Shown here: in pieces, positions 61,346-64,000 of the stretch
Position numbering within the stretch: position 1 is the stretch's first letter
Layout: the number at the start of each line of letters is the position of its first letter
NCBI GenBank assembly: GCA_963723335.1
Contig: CAVRQJ010000008.1
Span: 6,915 to 70,914 of the forward strand
Source of the DNA: an uncultured Alphaproteobacteria bacterium
Lineage (GTDB): Bacteria > Pseudomonadota > Alphaproteobacteria > Rhizobiales > Xanthobacteraceae
Length of the DNA stretch: 64,000 bases
Direction: 5' to 3'
Made by a program: the position numbers and the translations under genes
Notes under the pieces: model-generated
The model's input: the letters and a program-made list of their open reading frames with translations, nothing else
The model's database searches: none
What the model was told of the DNA's origin: nothing

Positions 61346-61807
61346 ATGTCGCTTAACGATCTCGTCGCGCCAAACGCGATTCTCCCGGCGCTGAAGGTCA
61401 ACAGCAAGAAGCAGGTGCTGCAGGAACTTGCCGCGCGTGCAGCCGTGCTGAGCGGACAGAACGAGCGTGCGATTTTCGACATCTTGATGCAGCGCGAAAA
61501 GCTTGGCTCGACTGCGATCGGCAACGGCATCGCCATACCGCATGGCAAAATGCCGGGACTTACCCGATTGTTCGGCTTGTTTGCACGGCTTGACCGGCCG
61601 GTCGATTTCGAGGCGCTCGACAACCAGCCCGTCGACCTGGTCTTCCTTCTGCTTGCGCCGGAAAGCGCCGGCGCCGATCATCTCAAGTCGCTCGCCCGCA
61701 TTGCGCGGCTGCTGCGCGACCCTGCGATTACGCACAAATTGCGGGCAATGCACGACGCCGAGTCGCTCTACGCGGTACTGGCGGTGCCGTCGGCATCCGC
61801 TGCATAG
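61346..61807 (+). CDS. ptsN: PTS IIA-like nitrogen regulatory protein PtsN (EIIA-Ntr)
   Basis: GNGIAIPHGK phospho-His motif. 153 aa. Confidence 0.92.
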   Translation: MSLNDLVAPNAILPALKVNSKKQVLQELAARAAVLSGQNERAIFDILMQREKLGSTAIGNGIAIPHGKMPGLTRLFGLFARLDRPVDFEALDNQPVDLVFLLLAPESAGADHLKSLARIARLLRDPAITHKLRAMHDAESLYAVLAVPSASAA

Positions 61808-61843
61808 GCGCGGCAAATTTCAGCAATCGAAAGACCAAAAACA

Positions 61844-61876
61844 AACGGGGCCCGCGACGACGTCGCCGGCCCCGTT
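61844..61876. terminator. bidirectional hairpin terminator between convergent ptsN and the hsp20-DUF1150 operon
   Basis: AACGGGGCCCGCGACG / CGTCGCCGGCCCCGTT with one mismatch. The A-run upstream gives a T-run on the minus strand. Confidence 0.7.
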
Positions 61877-61901
61877 CTGGCTATTGATCGCCGAACTTCG
61901 A

Positions 61902-62189
61902 TCAGTGAACGCTTACCGTCTCGAGTTCCTGGCTCCAGGCATTGGCGATGGCGGCCTCACGGCTGTCGGTCAGCATGATCGGCGTGCCGTCGGCGGCGTG
62001 CAGCGCAAACAGTTTCTGGCCCGGCGCCATTTGCGGCATCTGCGCTTGCGGGAACAGCGCGCGGACGTCCTCGGACCGGATCGTCTTCACATAGGCGATG
62101 CGTCCGTCACCGAGATGCGCGAGCGCTTCGGTGGAGATACCGATATTGGTTTCGGCGGTGTTGGTGTCGTTATGGTTCATATCGTTCAT
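61902..62189 (-). CDS. DUF1150 family protein
   Basis: 95 aa from the internal ATG, preceded by AAGGAG. GRIAYVKTI...LFALHAADGTPIMLTDSREAA. Confidence 0.78.
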   Translation of the reverse strand: MNDMNHNDTNTAETNIGISTEALAHLGDGRIAYVKTIRSEDVRALFPQAQMPQMAPGQKLFALHAADGTPIMLTDSREAAIANAWSQELETVSVH

Positions 62190-62235
62190 GGCCCTCGACT
62201 CCTTTCTATGAGTTGGTCGAGTCCTTATGGTTCCG

Positions 62236-62661
62236 TTATTCGCACTCTTTGATTGAGATCGATTTAACGATGCGCTCGGGCTGCGGGCGCACCAGATCAA
62301 TCGACAGCAATCCGTTTTTCAGGTCCGCTCCCAATACCTCCATGCCGTCCGCCAGCACGAAAGTGCGCTGGAATTGGCGTGCGGCAATGCCGCGATGGAT
62401 GTATTCCCGGCTTTTGTCGTCTTGCTGGCGGCCGCGAATGACGAGCTGGCTCTCTTCTACGCTGACATCGAGCTGATCGCGGGTAAAACCCGCAACAGCA
62501 AGCGTGATACGCAAACGATCGGGACTGTTCCCGTCGCGCGGAACCCGCTCGATATTGTAGGGGGGATAGCCGTCAGCCGCTTTGCCAACACGATCGAGCA
62601 CACGCTCGATCTCGTCGAAGCCAAGCAGGAACGGACTGGAAAGTGACGAAACCCTGGACAT
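62236..62661 (-). CDS. Hsp20/alpha-crystallin small heat-shock protein (IbpA-like)
   Basis: 141 aa. YPPYNIE, LRITLAVAGF, and GIAARQFQRTFVLADGMEVLGADLKNGLLSIDL. Confidence 0.92.
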   Translation of the reverse strand: MSRVSSLSSPFLLGFDEIERVLDRVGKAADGYPPYNIERVPRDGNSPDRLRITLAVAGFTRDQLDVSVEESQLVIRGRQQDDKSREYIHRGIAARQFQRTFVLADGMEVLGADLKNGLLSIDLVRPQPERIVKSISIKECE

Positions 62662-62745
62662 GGTCTCAAAGCCCTTTATCAAGCGACTTTGTGGGGCCCT
62701 TTCGGCACCCCCGGCCGCACGGAACGCTCCGTCCAGCCTCCGGTA
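62662..62745 (-). promoter_or_regulatory. ROSE-like RNA thermometer in the hsp20 5' UTR
   Basis: On the minus strand, hairpin CAAAGUCGCUU-GAUA-AAGGGCUUUG pairs the SD (AAGGG) with UC(G)CUU, leaving a bulged G. Two further upstream hairpins, one with a GAAA tetraloop. Confidence 0.6.
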
Positions 62746-62774
62746 ATATGGTGCTACGGAATTGAGCGTTCAAG
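62746..62774 (-). promoter_or_regulatory. heat-shock (sigma32-like) or sigma70 promoter CTTGAA-N15-CACCATAT
   Basis: Minus strand has CTTGAA (62774-62769) and CACCATAT (62753-62746). Resembles CTTGAA-N13-15-CCCCATNT. Confidence 0.45.
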
Positions 62775-62804
62775 GAACCCGGCAAAGGCCCGGTTTTTGG
62801 CGCT

Positions 62805-63437
62805 CTAGGGCAGCTTGAGCGGCCCCGGCATCGCCCGCTCGGCCTCGGCCGCAAGCTGCGCTTCGTGGCGGTGGACGAACATGCCGCCGCCGACGAAACC
62901 GGCCACCGTGATGATCGCCAGGATGACGACAATCGGGCCCTCCAGGCGCTCGAACTCGCGGCCAAGTTCATAGGCCGCATAGCCATAGGTCACCGCCCAG
63001 ATCAGTGCGCCGACGACATTCGCGAACATGAAATTGCGCCACGGCATGACGTTTGCGCCGGCAAAAATGCCCGCGAATGTCCGCAGTACCGGTACGAACT
63101 GCGCGACAAAGACGATCTTGCCGCCATGCCGCAGAAACAAATACTGGCCGAGTTTGATTCTGCTCTCGGTCATCCGCACATAATTGCCGTAGCGCAGCAG
63201 CAGCCAATAACCGAACTCACGGCCGATGACATAACCGATCATGCGGCCGGCGATTGCCGCGGCCGCCGCCGTCAGGATGACTTCAACAATATTGAGATCG
63301 TGCTTGGTGCCCGCATAGATCGCGGCACCGAGAAGTGCCGTCTCCCCCGGTAGCGGAATGCCGATGCATTCCAGGCCGACGATCACGGCGACCGTCAGCA
63401 GACCATATTCGTGAATGAGGTGAACGACGAGGTGCAT
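62805..63437 (-). CDS. DedA family membrane protein
   Basis: 210 aa. ECIGIPLPGET and FVPVLRTFAGIFAG motifs. Confidence 0.88.
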   Translation of the reverse strand: MHLVVHLIHEYGLLTVAVIVGLECIGIPLPGETALLGAAIYAGTKHDLNIVEVILTAAAAAIAGRMIGYVIGREFGYWLLLRYGNYVRMTESRIKLGQYLFLRHGGKIVFVAQFVPVLRTFAGIFAGANVMPWRNFMFANVVGALIWAVTYGYAAYELGREFERLEGPIVVILAIITVAGFVGGGMFVHRHEAQLAAEAERAMPGPLKLP

Positions 63438-63539
63438 GAAGGCTGTGTACCGGAACCACGCTCACTTATACTCAGTTCCGGGGCAAAGAGAACTCCTTGA
63501 CTTTATCATCAGGCCTTTGACCGGGCGAAGACAGGTTGC

Positions 63540-64000
63540 ATGTACAAAGACTTGCGGGAATTTATCGGCCTCGTCGACAAGCTCGGCGCGCTGCGCCGCA
63601 TCGACGGCGCCGACGCGCGGTTCGAGATCGGCGGCATCACGGAGGTCGCCGCCGGCATGCCGGACTGCCCGGCGCTTTTGTTCGACAACATCAAAGGCCA
63701 TCAGCGCGGCTTTCGCGTCTTCACCAACGCGACCACGAATGTGCAACGCGCCGCCCTGGCGCTGGGACTCGATCCGGCGCTGCGGCCGCTCGACGCACTC
63801 AAAGCCTGGATGGAAAAACGCATGACGCTTCGTCCGCAGCCGCCGGTCGTCGTCGGCAAGGCCGCGTATCTTGAGAACACGCTCACGGATTCCGGCGTAA
63901 ATATCGCACGCTTCCCGGCGCCGATCTGGCACCGTCACGACGGCGGACCATTCATCGGTTCCGGCTCGCTTGTCGTGATGCGAGATCCGGATGACGGCTG
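63540..64000 (+). CDS. UbiD family decarboxylase (5' part, runs off the window)
   Basis: My translation from ATG 63540: MYKDLREFIGLVDKLGALRRIDGAD...ALLFDNIKGH...WHRHDGGPFIGSG. Absent from the ORF track because no stop lies inside the window. Confidence 0.8.
   Translation, partial: MYKDLREFIGLVDKLGALRRIDGADARFEIGGITEVAAGMPDCPALLFDNIKGHQRGFRVFTNATTNVQRAALALGLDPALRPLDALKAWMEKRMTLRPQPPVVVGKAAYLENTLTDSGVNIARFPAPIWHRHDGGPFIGSGSLVVMRDPDDG

Noticed and set aside
62775-62802. Hairpin CCGG-N7-CCGG followed by TTTTT as a plus-strand terminator
   Set aside because: The stem is only 4 bp and no plus-strand gene ends nearby. At most it is a weak terminator element for dedA on the opposite strand.

Overview
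High-GC (about 63-65%) alphaproteobacterial chromosome segment. Gene order and the intergenic palindromic repeats point to Bradyrhizobiaceae/Nitrobacteraceae (Bradyrhizobium, Rhodopseudomonas or Afipia-like). It looks like core genome: I saw no transposase, integrase, CRISPR array or prophage genes. Main blocks: (1) a Caulobacter-like flagellar hierarchy cluster, fliK-flgD, sciP, fliF-fliG-fliH-fliN-flbD, with readable sigma54, IHF-like, ftr-like and CtrA-box-like sites; (2) housekeeping and accessory metabolism, including an EF-G paralog, three orphan Bug/TctC binding proteins, three GSTs, two GT87/DUF2029 glycosyltransferase paralogs, an ABC exporter, three L,D-transpeptidases, uvrB, msrA, queG, uppP and tRNA-Leu(CAG); (3) the conserved lptC-lptA-lptB-rpoN-hpf-ptsN block, then a convergent hsp20-DUF1150 operon preceded by a ROSE-like RNA thermometer. 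At least five families of short palindromic REP/MITE-like repeats occupy intergenic gaps. Most notable observations: an HtrA-like PDZ protein with all three catalytic triad residues replaced; a small CtrA-box-driven transcription unit; a coupled pair of hypothetical genes with an apparent frameshift; a DUF3095 cyclase-like gene; paired GT87 paralogs; an orphan Wza-like exporter; and a proline-rich N-terminal extension on LptB. All family assignments come from reading motifs by eye. No searches were run.
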